In this document: in pieces, positions 11,130 through 23,000 of the stretch
Layout of the letters: each line of letters opens with the position of its first letter
Numbering within the stretch: the first letter of the stretch is position 1
DNA from: an uncultured bacterium
Lineage (GTDB): Bacteria; Acidobacteriota; Thermoanaerobaculia; Multivoradales; JAHZIX01
Assembly (NCBI GenBank): GCA_965368975.1
Contig: CBDUPA010000001.1
Location: forward strand, 64,001-128,000
DNA length: 64,000 nt
Direction of reading: 5' to 3'
Translations under genes and position numbers: made by a program
Notes under the pieces: model-generated
Seen by the model: the letters and a program-made list of their open reading frames with translations, nothing else
Database searches by the model: none
Told to the model about the DNA's origin: nothing

Positions 11130-12829
11130 TGGGACAAGTACCAGGTCGCGTGATGGTGGTGTCCCTGATGGCGGTGTCCCTGACCCTGGCCCTGGCCCCC
11201 GCCGAGGCGAGCACGCCCGGCCCGCCGCCCGCGAGTGCGGTGCACGGTCACTACGTCGTGCTGGGCCAGAGTGCCGGAGCGACCGTCGCCTATGCGCGTG
11301 CGGTGATCGAGCCAGGCTACGCTTGTCCGGCGCTGCAAGCCGCCTCGGGTGCGACCTCGGCTGGCGATTCATCAGTGGATCCGTCTACGGCCATGGTGAC
11401 GCGCGGCAACCCGCACGCCTTTCCGGTGATCGTCTGCGAAGCGCGCGTCGAGTTCGACACCACCTACACCCTGCAGCTCGATGGGGCGACGCTCGAGCTG
11501 CCACGAGTCCGGCGCAACCCGGCACGCTTGCTGGGCTTCGGTGACACCGGCTGCAAGGCGGGAGCGGCGTCGGAGGGCAAGTGCCCGTGGGGTACGCCCG
11601 CCGAGCCGCTCAAGACGCTGGCCGACGCGGCTGCCGCGGGGCCGGCGCCGGACCTGATCGTGCATGTTGGTGACTACAACTACCGCGGCACGCCGGGGCC
11701 GATTCTGTTCAGCCAGATCCACGACGGTGCCGGCAAGCAGGTTGCGCAGTGGCCCTACGACGCGGGTGATGACAGCACCGCCGAGCAGCACTGCGAGCAG
11801 GATCCCAACGACGCCTACTGGGACATGAATGCGTCCAACGCCAACTACCCGGATCATTGGGCGGCCTGGCGCGATGACTTCTTCACGCCCCTGGCCGCGT
11901 TGCTGCCAAAGGCGCCGTGGATCTTCGCGCGCGGCAACCACGAGCTGTGCAGCCGTGCCGGTCCTGGCTACTTTTACTTCCTGGACCCGGCGTCCAACCT
12001 GGCACCGGAAGGCCAGCGCTCGTGTCCGACACCGGACCCGCGGCGGCCGATCTTGGACAAGGTGGTGCTGGCCGATCCGTATGTAGTCGATCTCGGCACC
12101 TTCGCCCTGCTGGTGGTCGACTCGGCCAATGCCTGCGACTACTTCTCGAACGATGCGTTCACCGCGCAGTATCGGCGGCAACTCGGCCAGGCGACCGCCC
12201 TGCTGCCGCCCGAGCGGCCGACCTGGCTGGTCAGTCATCGGCCGATGTGGGGGCTCACCCAGTTCGACAGCGACGGCGGTACGACGACCGGATGCAGGGC
12301 CGGGGACGACACGTGGGGCTGCGTCAACAAGACGCTGCAGGCGGCGTCGAGCGACGGTGCCACGCTGCCGGCGCAGATCACCTTGCTGCTGGCTGGTCAC
12401 ATGCATCGCTTCCAGAGCACCACGTTCGCTGCTGACGACACGGCCGTTGCTGACGACACGGCCGGCCGTGCTGCCACCCTTGCCGCCGCGACGCACCGGG
12501 CTCCGACGCTGGTGATCGGCAACGGCGGTGTGGCGCTCGACGACCGGCCCCCGGCGGGCACGATCCAGGTCACCATCGCAGGGCAGGCGGCGCAGGTCCT
12601 GTCGCTGGCCAACCAAGTGCAGACGCCCAGTGGCATGCAAGACGCGTTCGGCTACCTGGACGCGACCCTGGCCTCGGACGGCGGCTGGAGCGGCACGATC
12701 GTCAATCCGGCGCGTGGCCTGACGCTGGCCGAATGCGGCAGCGCACGCGCGGCGCAGGGCTCGGTGTGTGAGCTGGCGTCAGGTGTGCAAGCGGCCCAGT
12801 TCGGAGCTTCTAACGTGACCGTTCCCTGA
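11129..12829 (+). CDS. Secreted calcineurin-like metallophosphoesterase
   Basis: Signal-peptide-like N-terminus (VVSLMAVSLTLALAPAEA). Motifs GDTG, GDYNY, GNHE, SH and GHMH. TGATG coupling with the upstream FGE gene. Confidence 0.8.
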   Translation: MGQVPGRVMVVSLMAVSLTLALAPAEASTPGPPPASAVHGHYVVLGQSAGATVAYARAVIEPGYACPALQAASGATSAGDSSVDPSTAMVTRGNPHAFPVIVCEARVEFDTTYTLQLDGATLELPRVRRNPARLLGFGDTGCKAGAASEGKCPWGTPAEPLKTLADAAAAGPAPDLIVHVGDYNYRGTPGPILFSQIHDGAGKQVAQWPYDAGDDSTAEQHCEQDPNDAYWDMNASNANYPDHWAAWRDDFFTPLAALLPKAPWIFARGNHELCSRAGPGYFYFLDPASNLAPEGQRSCPTPDPRRPILDKVVLADPYVVDLGTFALLVVDSANACDYFSNDAFTAQYRRQLGQATALLPPERPTWLVSHRPMWGLTQFDSDGGTTTGCRAGDDTWGCVNKTLQAASSDGATLPAQITLLLAGHMHRFQSTTFAADDTAVADDTAGRAATLAAATHRAPTLVIGNGGVALDDRPPAGTIQVTIAGQAAQVLSLANQVQTPSGMQDAFGYLDATLASDGGWSGTIVNPARGLTLAECGSARAAQGSVCELASGVQAAQFGASNVTVP

Positions 12830-12905
12830 AAAGCAGGTACAATGCCTCGGAGTCTGGCGGCCTGCGATCGGGCGGCCCTTTGGTACCAGTCCAGACCTCG
12901 TAACT

Positions 12906-13946
12906 ATGGCGACCAACTACCTGCAAGCTTACGGCGACCTGCTGCGTCGCATCGACGAGGCCGACTTCCACGTTTCGGAAGAAACGGAGAGGATCTCGCT
13001 GGTCGAAGACTTCGTGCCCAAGGTGTCGGAACTGCTGCAAGCCGGGGTCGATATGCTGCGCGAGACGCAGGCTTGGTACGAGTCTGACGACGCGCTGGAA
13101 GGCGCGGCCGACCGCGACGACGGGGATTCGCTGTCCGAAATCGGTGCGCTGATCTCCACCGAGCTGGCGGCCAGCAACATCGCCGACCTCGCTTTTGTCG
13201 CCCGCGGCGGTCTGCGGATCTGTCTCGATGAGCTGAAGTCTGCCGCCGCCAAGCGGCACATCTTCATGATCGCGTCCGGCTGCGACACCGGAATGCGCCG
13301 GCTGCGCAAAGCGCTGATGTCCGTCGAGTCGGCGATCGCCGAGTTCGAGGGCGCGCCGCAGCCGATGCACCGGCAAGAAGATCTCGAGACTTCGATCGAG
13401 ACGCGCCGCGCCTACGGTCGCCTGCGCCAATGCATCTTGGGGACGGGGCAGCCGGATGACCGTCAGCTCGGCCGGCGCCTGCAGGAGATCGCCGAGCATT
13501 TCGTCAAGCTGCGAACCCTGGCCATCTATCCGCTCATCCGTATCGGGGACCGTCTCGAGATGCGCGGCTTGTACAAGCGCATCCAGCTGTGGCGCCAGCA
13601 GCCAGATCGCGATCTGGTCGAAGGCCACCGCCTGTGGGTCGACCTCAGTGGCTTCGCGCGACTGATCCAGGAGATCAACAACCGCGAAGAACTCGGCGAG
13701 CACGACCGCCTGCTGCTCACCAAGGTCTGGCATCAACTGTTCGGCAAGCGTGATGTCAGCGAGGTCACCGCCGACCTGCTTGAAGAGCTGCGCCGCCTAG
13801 AAGGACGCGACGAGGACCTCGACCAGCTGCTCTCCGATCCCGGGGCGTATCCTGCCGAGGCCTGGCGCGAGACCCTGGAGCGCTTGCGTCGCACGCTGGA
13901 AGCCCAGCCACAGCAGCAACCCGTGCCAGTCGGAGCGCTCGGGTAA
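12906..13946 (+). CDS. Hypothetical, predominantly alpha-helical protein
   Basis: 346 aa ORF with normal high-GC codon usage and protein-like composition. No recognised motif. Confidence 0.7.
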   Translation: MATNYLQAYGDLLRRIDEADFHVSEETERISLVEDFVPKVSELLQAGVDMLRETQAWYESDDALEGAADRDDGDSLSEIGALISTELAASNIADLAFVARGGLRICLDELKSAAAKRHIFMIASGCDTGMRRLRKALMSVESAIAEFEGAPQPMHRQEDLETSIETRRAYGRLRQCILGTGQPDDRQLGRRLQEIAEHFVKLRTLAIYPLIRIGDRLEMRGLYKRIQLWRQQPDRDLVEGHRLWVDLSGFARLIQEINNREELGEHDRLLLTKVWHQLFGKRDVSEVTADLLEELRRLEGRDEDLDQLLSDPGAYPAEAWRETLERLRRTLEAQPQQQPVPVGALG

Positions 13947-14028
13947 GAGACCCGGTTCCCTGGTTCAGTTTCCTTGGCCTAGTTCCTCTGGCCCGGGGCC
14001 CCTGGCTGCGGGGCGTGTGCGGTCGAGA

Positions 14029-17000
14029 TCAGTCCTGCAACAACATCTCCAACCCGTCTCCCCCCGACAGCAGCGCTTCGGCTTCCTCGTCACTCATCGA
14101 TTCGAGACGCGCCAGTAGGGCTTGCAGCCGCCCCGGATCGGGAGCACCCGGCTTCGGGGGCGTGCGCCCTTGCAGCTGCCGGCGGTTGACCTTGCCGGTG
14201 CTGGTGAGGGGGAACTCGTCGAGCCACACCAGCTGGCTGGGGACCATGTAGCGCGGCAGGCGCTTGCTGAGGAACTGGCGTAGTTCGGACGTCTCGAGCG
14301 AGCGGTCGGGGTCGGTCAGCAGGTAGGCGACGAGGCGGCGGTGAGCACCGCCTTCGGGCACGATGACGACGGCCTGGCGGACTGCGGCGTGGGCTTCCAA
14401 GGCGTTCTCGATTTCGCCCGGTTCGACGCGATGGCCGTGCAGTTTGAGCTGGTAGTCGATCCGACCGAGGAACTCGAGGCTGGAGTCAGGGCGGCGGCGA
14501 ACCCGGTCGCCCGTGCGGTAGAGCCGGCCACCGGGGTGGTCGCTGAAGGGGTCGGGCACGAAGCTGCCGGCAGTGCGTGCCGGGCGCCCCAGGTAACCGC
14601 GCGCCAGGCCCTCGCCACCGATATAGAGCTCGCCTTCGGCAGCCAGCGGCAGCAGCGGGGCGGCTGGACCTCGCTGGGTGTCCAGGACATACAGGCGTGT
14701 GCCGCGGAGCGGCTGGCCGAGCGGCACTGGCAGTTGCCCTCCGCGCACTCGTTGCAGGCTCGACCAGACGGTGGTCTCGGTGGGGCCGTAGAGGTTCCAC
14801 AGTCGGGGTGCCGAGGTCGAAGCGCTGTTGCTTCTCTGCTTGGCGGCCGCGTGGCTGGTGGTCGAGGTGGTTGTCCTGGTGAGCCGTTCCGCCAGGTCGT
14901 CGGTCAGCGCTTCGCCGCCACACAGCAGCTTGAGGCCGGGTCGTTCGAGGCGTGACGGTGGCGTCCAGCCTGCGTCGAGCAGCAACCGCCAGGTGACCGG
15001 CGTTGCCTGCAGGACGGTGGCGCTGATGGCGCGTAAGCGCTGGCTCAGCAAGCGGCCGTCGCCGGCGGTCTCGTGGTCGACGACGTGGACGCGGGCGCCA
15101 GCGGCCAGTGGCAGCAGCAATTCGACGACCGAGATGTCGAAGGTCAGCGGGGTCACCGCGGCCACCGAGTCGGCGGGGTCGAAGCCGGGTTGGTGCAGCA
15201 GCGACGCTGCCAGGTTGGCGACGGACGCGTGGCACACCATGACGCCCTTGGGGCGGCCGGTGGAGCCGGAGGTATAGAGCACATAGGCCAGGTGGTCGCC
15301 GCTCGGAGGACCGAGCAGTGGCTCCCGTGGCTGTGCCGAACTCAGCGGTGCGTCGACGTCGAGCAGGGTGGGTACTGCATCGCCGCCGGCTGGCAGCTCG
15401 GGGCGCAGGCGTCGCAGTTGAGGGCCTTCGCCCAGCACGAGTGAGGGGCGTGCGTCGGCTACCAGGGCCCCCAGGCGGCGCGGCGGTAGCTGCGGATCGA
15501 GGGGCAGGTAGGCGGCACCGGCGCGCAGCACGGCCAGGGTTGCGACGACCAGCCGGGCCGAGCGCTCGAGGCACAGGCCGACCAGCGTCTCGGGACGCGC
15601 GCCGGCCGTGCGCAAGCGCGCCGCCAGGCGGCCACTCTCGTCCCATAGACGGCTGTAGTCGAAGTGCTCGACACCATCGTCGAGGGCGGGTTTTTCAGGG
15701 TGTGCTGTCGCCTGCGCGGCGATCAACTGCAGTAGCAGCGGGGCACTGCTGTCCGGGGGCCCATGCTTGGCGGTCTCGGTTCCCTGCACCTCGTGCAGTA
15801 GGAGCTGGGACTGCGCGGGGCTGAGCAAAACGCTGTGGGTGCAGTCGGCGTCCGGGTTCGCCAGCAGGCTCTGGACGGCCAGGGTGTACACCTCGCCGAT
15901 GGCGCGCAGCTGGGCGCCGGAGATGCGCGCCTCGTCGGCGACCAGGTCGAGGACCAGCGTGTCGGCCAGCGGGTTGCGCCGGAAATCGGCACGTAGAGCG
16001 AAGCTGGTGTGATCGAAGCCTTCGGCTTCGAGCGGTCGCAGGAAGTGCAGGTCGCTGAGTTCGTCGAGGGCGTGGAAGTGAGTGAAGTTGAACACCGTCT
16101 CGACCAGCCCGGTCTCGCCCAGCAGGCGCTGGATCTCGACCAGCGGCATGTGGCGGCTGGGGAGTAGTTCGCGCTCGGCCTCGAAGGCGGTGCGCACCAG
16201 GCCGAGCCAGCTACCGCTGGGCGTCAGCGCCAGCGGCAAGATGTTCATGTGCATGCCGAGCGTCTCTTCACTCCGCGGTAGGGCCGGCCGGCCGTTGGCT
16301 TCCAGGCCGGTCAGCACACTGCGCTGCCCGGTCAGGCGCTGCAGGGCTGCCAGGTGGGCGGCCAGCAGGGCGTGCTTGAGACTCACCTGAGCGCGACGTA
16401 CCAAGGCGCCAAAGTGCACGGGTGGTGGCAGCGGTAGGCTGAGGACGCGCACGCGCGGGGGGCCGGCTTGGGGTCGCCAGCGCGGCAATGGGGTCGCCTG
16501 GACGCCGGTCAGCTGCTGCTTCCACCAACGCCGCAGATGTGGGTTGCGCACGGCTTCCACCTCGCGTGCCACGAACTCGCGGAACACGACAGGCGGTGGC
16601 CCCAGCTGCAAGGGATTTCCGGCCAGCAGGCGATCGTAGCGGCGGAGCCACTCGGTACACAGGCGCGCCGTGCTCCAGCCGTCGAGCACGGCGTCGAAGA
16701 AGCTGAGGCCGACGGCGAATCCTTGTGCCAGGCGCAGCAGGTAGAAACCGACCAGCCCCGGCTCGCGCCAGGTGAGGGGCTGCGCCTTCTGCTCTTCCAG
16801 CCAGGTGGTGATCTCGGCTGCGGTCAAGTCCTCTACGCTGCTGAAGTCGACTTCGTGGAAGCGCACGGTGGTGCGGGCGTGTACCAGCTGCAGCGGTCGG
16901 CTGTACTCTGAAAGGTCGAAGGATGTGCGCAGCATCGGATGGCGGTCGACCAAGTCTTGCGCCGACTGGCACAACTGCGACGGGTGGAGCGGTCCTTGCA

Positions 17001-20000
17001 GGCGGCACAGGAAGATGTCGCGGTAGAGCGGGGCCCCCGGATCGTGCTGGATGTGGAAGACGATGCCGGTCTGTGTGGCGGTCAGCGGATAGGCGTCGAC
17101 ACACCCGGCCGGCAGGCGTTGCCGATCGTCGTCGCTGATCAGGCAGAACGGGTCGGGCGCCAGCACACGCGGTGCGCCGTGGCCCTCGTTCTGGCTGGCA
17201 TCTCCACGGCGCAGCCGCGGTGCCAGGGCGCGGATGGTCTGGTGACGGTAGAGGTCTTCCAGGGCCACGGTCCAGCCGCGTTCGGTCAGGCTGCCGCGCA
17301 CCTGCAGCGTGCGGATCGAGTCGCCGCCGAGTTCGAAGAAGTTGTCTTCGACGCCGATGTCGGGCAGGCCGAGAACGCGGCTCCACACGGCGGCAAGAGC
17401 ACGCTCGCGTTCGTCCTCGAGGACGTAGGTGTCGCCTGGCGGACGAGCTGGCGAGACGCCATCGCCAGCGTCCAGCGGCTGCCCCGTCAGCTGCCCGGCG
17501 GACTGCCTGCCGGCCGCCGGGCCGAGTTGCTGCAGCTGGCCACGGTCGACCTTGCCGCTCTGCGTGCGGGGCAAAGTGGTGAGTGGCACGAAGAGGCTGG
17601 GCAACAGCATTGCCGGTAGACGCTCGCCCAGGAAGGCGCGCAGTTCGGCGGCATCGGGAGCCTCCCCCTGGTAGGTGAACCACGCCACCAGCTGCGCCGG
17701 GGCGCGGTCGTGGCTGGCGAATGCCGGCAGGGCTTCGCCGCGAGGGGCTGCGCCAGCCTTGAAATGGCGCAGCTGGTTGGGCTCGGCAGTCGCTGCCGGA
17801 CTCCTACGGCCTTCGGCGCCGGACGGAGCTTGTGCCCTATCGGTAGGCCTGTGCGCGGGTTCGCTGGGATAGTGAAGGCCGACGATCGCGTCGGTGATCC
17901 GTGGATGCTCGCTCAGGGCGGCCTCCAACTCGCCGGCCTCGACGCGCAAACCCCGGATCTTGAGTTGGTGGTCGAGGCGCCCCAGGAAGAGCAGGGCGCC
18001 GTCCGGACGGTAGCGGACCAGATCACCCGTCCGGTACAGGCGTTCGCCCTGCTTGCCGGTGGGGTCGAGGATCAAGGAGGGGTCGGGTACGAAGGTGGCG
18101 GCGGTGCGTGCTGGAGCGCCCAGGTAGCCGCGCCCGAGACCGGCGCCTGCCAGTGCCAGCTCTCCAGGGATGCCCAGTGGCTGCAGGCGCAGCACGCGAT
18201 CGACAACGTGGCAACGTAGGTTGGCGATCGGCCGGCCAATCGGTACTTCGCGCAGCAGGTTCTGGCTCGGCCCGCCTCGTTGCTGCCGGTCGCCGCTGCA
18301 GTTCCAGGCGGTGACGTCGATGGCGGTCTCGGTGGGACCGTAGAGGTTTTCCAGCTGCACGCTGGGCAAGCGTTCCAGGCAAGCACGTGCCAGCGACGGA
18401 CTCAGCGCTTCGCCGCTGGCCACGATCCGGCGCAAGCTGCGGGCTTCACCTACCCCCGGCTCGTCAACGAAGGCGCGCAGCATGGACGGCACGAAGTGCA
18501 CCACGGTGACGCGCTCGCGGGCCGCCAGCCGGGCAAGTTGGCGGGGGTCGCGATGCACCCCGGGCGGGGCCACGATCAGTTGCGCCCCGGTCATCAGCGG
18601 CCAGAAGAACTCCCACACTGAGACGTCGAAGGTGAAGGGGGTTTTCTGCAGCACGCGGTCGTCGGCGCCGATCGGGTAGGCGAGTTGCATCCAGCGCAGG
18701 CGGTTGGCGAGGGCGAGGTGGCTGTTCATCGCCCCCTTGGGGCGGCCGGTGGAGCCGGAGGTGAACAAGACGTAGGCCAGCTGCCGTCCGTCCACGGGCC
18801 CTGGAGGCGCGTCGGCCTCCGAGGCTTCCCCCGGTCCCGGCAGCGTCTGGGGTTCGAGTTGGGCTCGGCCTTCTGGGTCCAGGCGCAGCAGCGGCGGCGT
18901 GGAGCGGGCAAGTGCCGGAGTCTCGGCGTCACCTAGCAGACACACGGGGGCGGCGTCGTCCAGCAGGGCTTCGAAGCGTCGCGCCGGCTGGTCCGGGTCG
19001 AGCGGCAAGAAAGCGGCACCGGCCTCGAGGACCGCGACCAGCGCCACCACGCGCGCTGCACTGCGCGGCAAGCACACGCCGACCAGGCGTTCAGGACCGG
19101 CTCCGAGAGCCCGCAGCTGCTGGGCCAGGGTCCGGCTGTGTGCGGCAAGCTGGGCGTAGGTCAATTCGACCGTCGGCACGTTGTGCTCTCCCGGGGCGCG
19201 CACGGCCAGCGCACCAGGGCTACGTTGCGCCTGAGCGCGGATGGCTTCGTGCACGAGTCCACCGAGTTGCCGGCGTGCCGCCCACGCGGCGCCAGCCCAC
19301 GCCGTGTCGTTGAACTCGTGGAGCAGCGCCTGGCGCTCTGCTGGCAGCAGGATCTTCAACTGGAGGCAGTCGATGGGGGCCTCGTGCGTCGGCAGGTCTC
19401 GGGCGAGCGCGACGAGCTGTCCAAGCCAGCTCTCGAATTGTCCTGCCCACCGCAGCACGGTGGTGGTGTCGAAGAGGTCCGTGCAGCCCTGCCAGTCGAG
19501 GAGTAGGCTGCCGCCAGGACCGTCAGCCAGGAACAGGGCCAGATCGAATTGCGCGGTCTGCGTGCGCAGGCGGAGCGGGCGCGCTGTCCAGGCAGCCAGC
19601 GGCAACTCGACGCGCTCGTCGGCGAGGGCGAATGCGGAGGTGCCCGCGGGCGAACCTGCCGGTGCGTGTTGCCAGCTGACCAGGATCTGGAACAGGGGCG
19701 AGCGGCTCGGGTCGCGGCGCGGCTGCAGCTGTTCGACCAGCTGGTGGAACGGGTAGCGGCGGTGGCGCAGGGTGGCCGCCAACTCGCCGCGCAGGCGGGC
19801 CAGACGCAGGGCGAAGGGATCGGAGCCGGAGATGCCGTGCAGCGCGGCGCGCAGGACCAGCGGGTTGACCAAGTAGCCGACGCGCTGGGCGTCCTCGACG
19901 CTGTCTCGGCCGTGGTACAGCGTCCCGAGTAGGGCTTGCTCGCTGTTGCTGACAGTGTTGCTGGCGACAGTACTGCTGGAGCTGAGGCCAACGGTGCGGC

Positions 20001-23000
20001 GGAGCCAGGCTTCGAAGGCCGTGAGCACCACCAGGAAGGGGGTCGCGCTGTGCCGGCGAGCCAAGTCGCGCAGGCCGCTGGCGGTGTCAGGCGGTACTTG
20101 CCGCAGCCAGCGCTCGCCGCGGTCGCTCTGCAGCGCGGGCCGTGGTCGATCGGAGGGGAGTTCGAGGGGAGGTGGCAGCTCCTGCTGCCTCGCTGTCTCT
20201 CTCTCGCCGTGACCGGGTAGCAGCGGTCGTAGATGCTGGACGGCAGCGGCTGCCATGTTGCGCGCGTCGGCGCTGCTCAGCCAGGCGCGCTGGCGCAGTA
20301 CCCAGGCAGCGTGGTCGCCGGGCACTGGTGGCAAGCGGCGGTCGGCGTAGAGGGCAGCCAGCTCCTGCAACAGCAGGGCGACCGAGCCGAAGTCGGCGAC
20401 CAGATGGTGGACGGTGAGGAGCAGGACGTCGCCGATCTGGGCTTCGTGGTCCTCCACTTTGGCCGGCATGGCAACGCCGCTCCACAGGTGTAGGCGGATC
20501 AGGGGGCCGCGTTCGAGGTCGAAAGGTCGGTGTGCCTGGTCGGTCATCTCTGCGCGCAGGGCTGGCAGCGAGCGGCCGGCGGCTTCTTGCACATCGACGG
20601 CTGGCGGTCGCGAGTCGCTGGCGGCGCGCCGCTGGCGCGGTGGACCGCCACCTGCGCGGAAGGTCATGCTCAGGCCGGAATGGCGCTGCAACAGCTGCTG
20701 GAAGGCTTGCCGCAGTGCGCCATGTTCGATCTGGCCAGGGATATGGACCGCCACCCATACGTTGTAGGCGGCGCTGCGCGGGTGCAGTTGCTGCAGGAAG
20801 AAGAGTGCTTCCTGGCCGGGGGTCAAGGGCAGGTCGATGGTGCTATCGACAGGGCTCTCGACGGTGCCGACGTCGGGTGCCGCGGTAGGCTCCTCGACAC
20901 GGGAAGCCGCGTCGAAACTCTCGTGCTGCATCGCGTCTTGCTGAGAAGTCTCCTGCTGAGAAGTCTCCTGCCGGTGGGGGGGCTCTTGCAGTTCAGCGCC
21001 CTGTGTCGCTGGCTGCGCCAGGTCGCGCAGACTGGCACCGCTGAGCAGGTCCGAGAGGTCGACGTCGAGGCCGTAGGTCGCCAGGCTCTGTTGGAGTTCG
21101 GCGGCGGCCAGCGAATCCAGCCCGTAGTGCAGCAGAGGGCGGTCAGGCTCGGGTGGTTGCGCCAGGCCCAAGCAGCGGGCCACCTCTTCGCCCAGCCGGT
21201 GCAGGCCGGGTGTGCCGAGTCTGGTGGCGGGCTTGCCGTTCTCGTCGATCCGTGTCTGATCGGCCGTTTCCTGGGGGGACGTTTCGCCGCCCGTTGGCAG
21301 GGCTGTCGCTTCGATCCGTGACGGGCCGTACCAGGCCGCGACGACTGGCAACTGGCCGTCGAGCCAGCCGAGCCGGCAGGCTCGACGCTGAACCTTGCCG
21401 CTGGAAGTGCGGGGCACGCCGCCGTGGCGCACCAGGAGGATGGCCCAGGCGGTCACCTGGTGTTCGGCTGCCAGCGCCTGGCTGATCGCCGCCCGGATCG
21501 GTGCCAGTCGTCGCTCGGGCGGCTCGCCGCTACTGGAGCCGGACCTGGCCTCGCCGCTGACGGCACCGATCTCGCGCAGGGCAGCCGCTTCGAGTTCCAG
21601 CACCAAGACCAGGCGTTCGCCGTCGCCATCGTCGAAACCGAAGGCCGCTGCGGCGCTGGGTCGTAGGGCGAAGTGACTCTCTTCAGCACTGCGCTCGAGA
21701 TCTTGCGGATGGTGGTTGCGGCCGCGCAGGATGATCAGATCCTTGAGACGGCTGGTGAGGAAGAGTTCGCCGCCGTGCAGGAAACCGAGGTCACCGGTGC
21801 GCAGGAAGCCCTGTGCTTCCTGAGCCGAGGATACGTCCGTAGTGCCCTTGCTCGTAGCGTCCTTGCTCGTAGTGCCCTTGCCCGAGGAGTTGTCTACCAA
21901 GCGGGCTTCGAAGATGCGCTGCGTCGCCTCGGGCTGGCCATGGTAGCCGGCGGTCACCGACGGACCGGCGAGCCAAACCTCGCCGACCTGACCTGGCGGG
22001 CATGCCTCCTTGGTTTGCGGATCGACAATTCGCACGCTGACGCCGGGGGCTGGTGTACCGCAGCTGACGAGGGTCTTGGTGAGTGCTGGTGGCGTGTGCG
22101 CGACAGTCGTCTCGACGGCCTGGTGATGTTCCAGAGCAGCTCGCTGGAACTGACGTACGACGGGGGGTTGGTCGGCCGGGCTACTACTGACGAGGAGCGT
22201 GGCTTCGGCCAGGCCGTAGCAGGGCAAGAAGGCGCTCTGGGCAAAACCACAGCGGCCAAAGCGGCGACCGAAGGCGGTGAGGCTGCCGGCCCGGACGGGC
22301 TCGGCGCCGTTGAAGGCGACGCGCCAGCTGCTGAGGTCGAGGCCTTCGAGGTCGGCGTCGGGGATGCGCCTCCGGCACAGGTCGTAGGCGAAGTCGGGGC
22401 CACCACTGGTGGTGCCGCCGAAGTGATGGATGGCACGCAGCCAACGCACCGGCCGGCGCAGGAAGGCCACCGGTGCCATCAGCACGCAGCGACCGCCGGC
22501 GTACAGGGGTTGCAACATGCCGCCAATCAAGCCCATGTCGTGGTAGAGCGGCAGCCAGCTGACGACCACGGTGTCAGCGTCGTGGCCGAAGGCTCGGTAG
22601 ATCATGGCCTGGTTGGCCAGCACGTGGCGGTGCGCGACCCGCACGCCGCGCGGCTGGGCAGTCGAGCCGGACGTGTACTGGAGGAAAGCGAGGTCGTCGG
22701 CGTCCGGGGTGTGGGGATGCCAGGATTCGGCAGCGGCGTCGTCGATCTGGTCGGTGGCCAGCCACTGCACGTCGGCCGGGGCTTCGATCGCCTTCTGTAG
22801 GCGCCGGGCGAGGCCCTCGGTGGTCAGTATGCAACGGGCGCCGGAGTCGCGCAGCAGGGTCTCGGTCCGTCCGGCTTCGCGCCGCTGGGGCGGGTAGGCG
22901 GGAACCGCGACGACACCGGCGTACAGGCAGCCGAAGAACGCGTTGACGAAGTCGGGGCCGGCGGGATAGAGGAGCAGGGCCCGCTGACCGCTCAGGCCGC

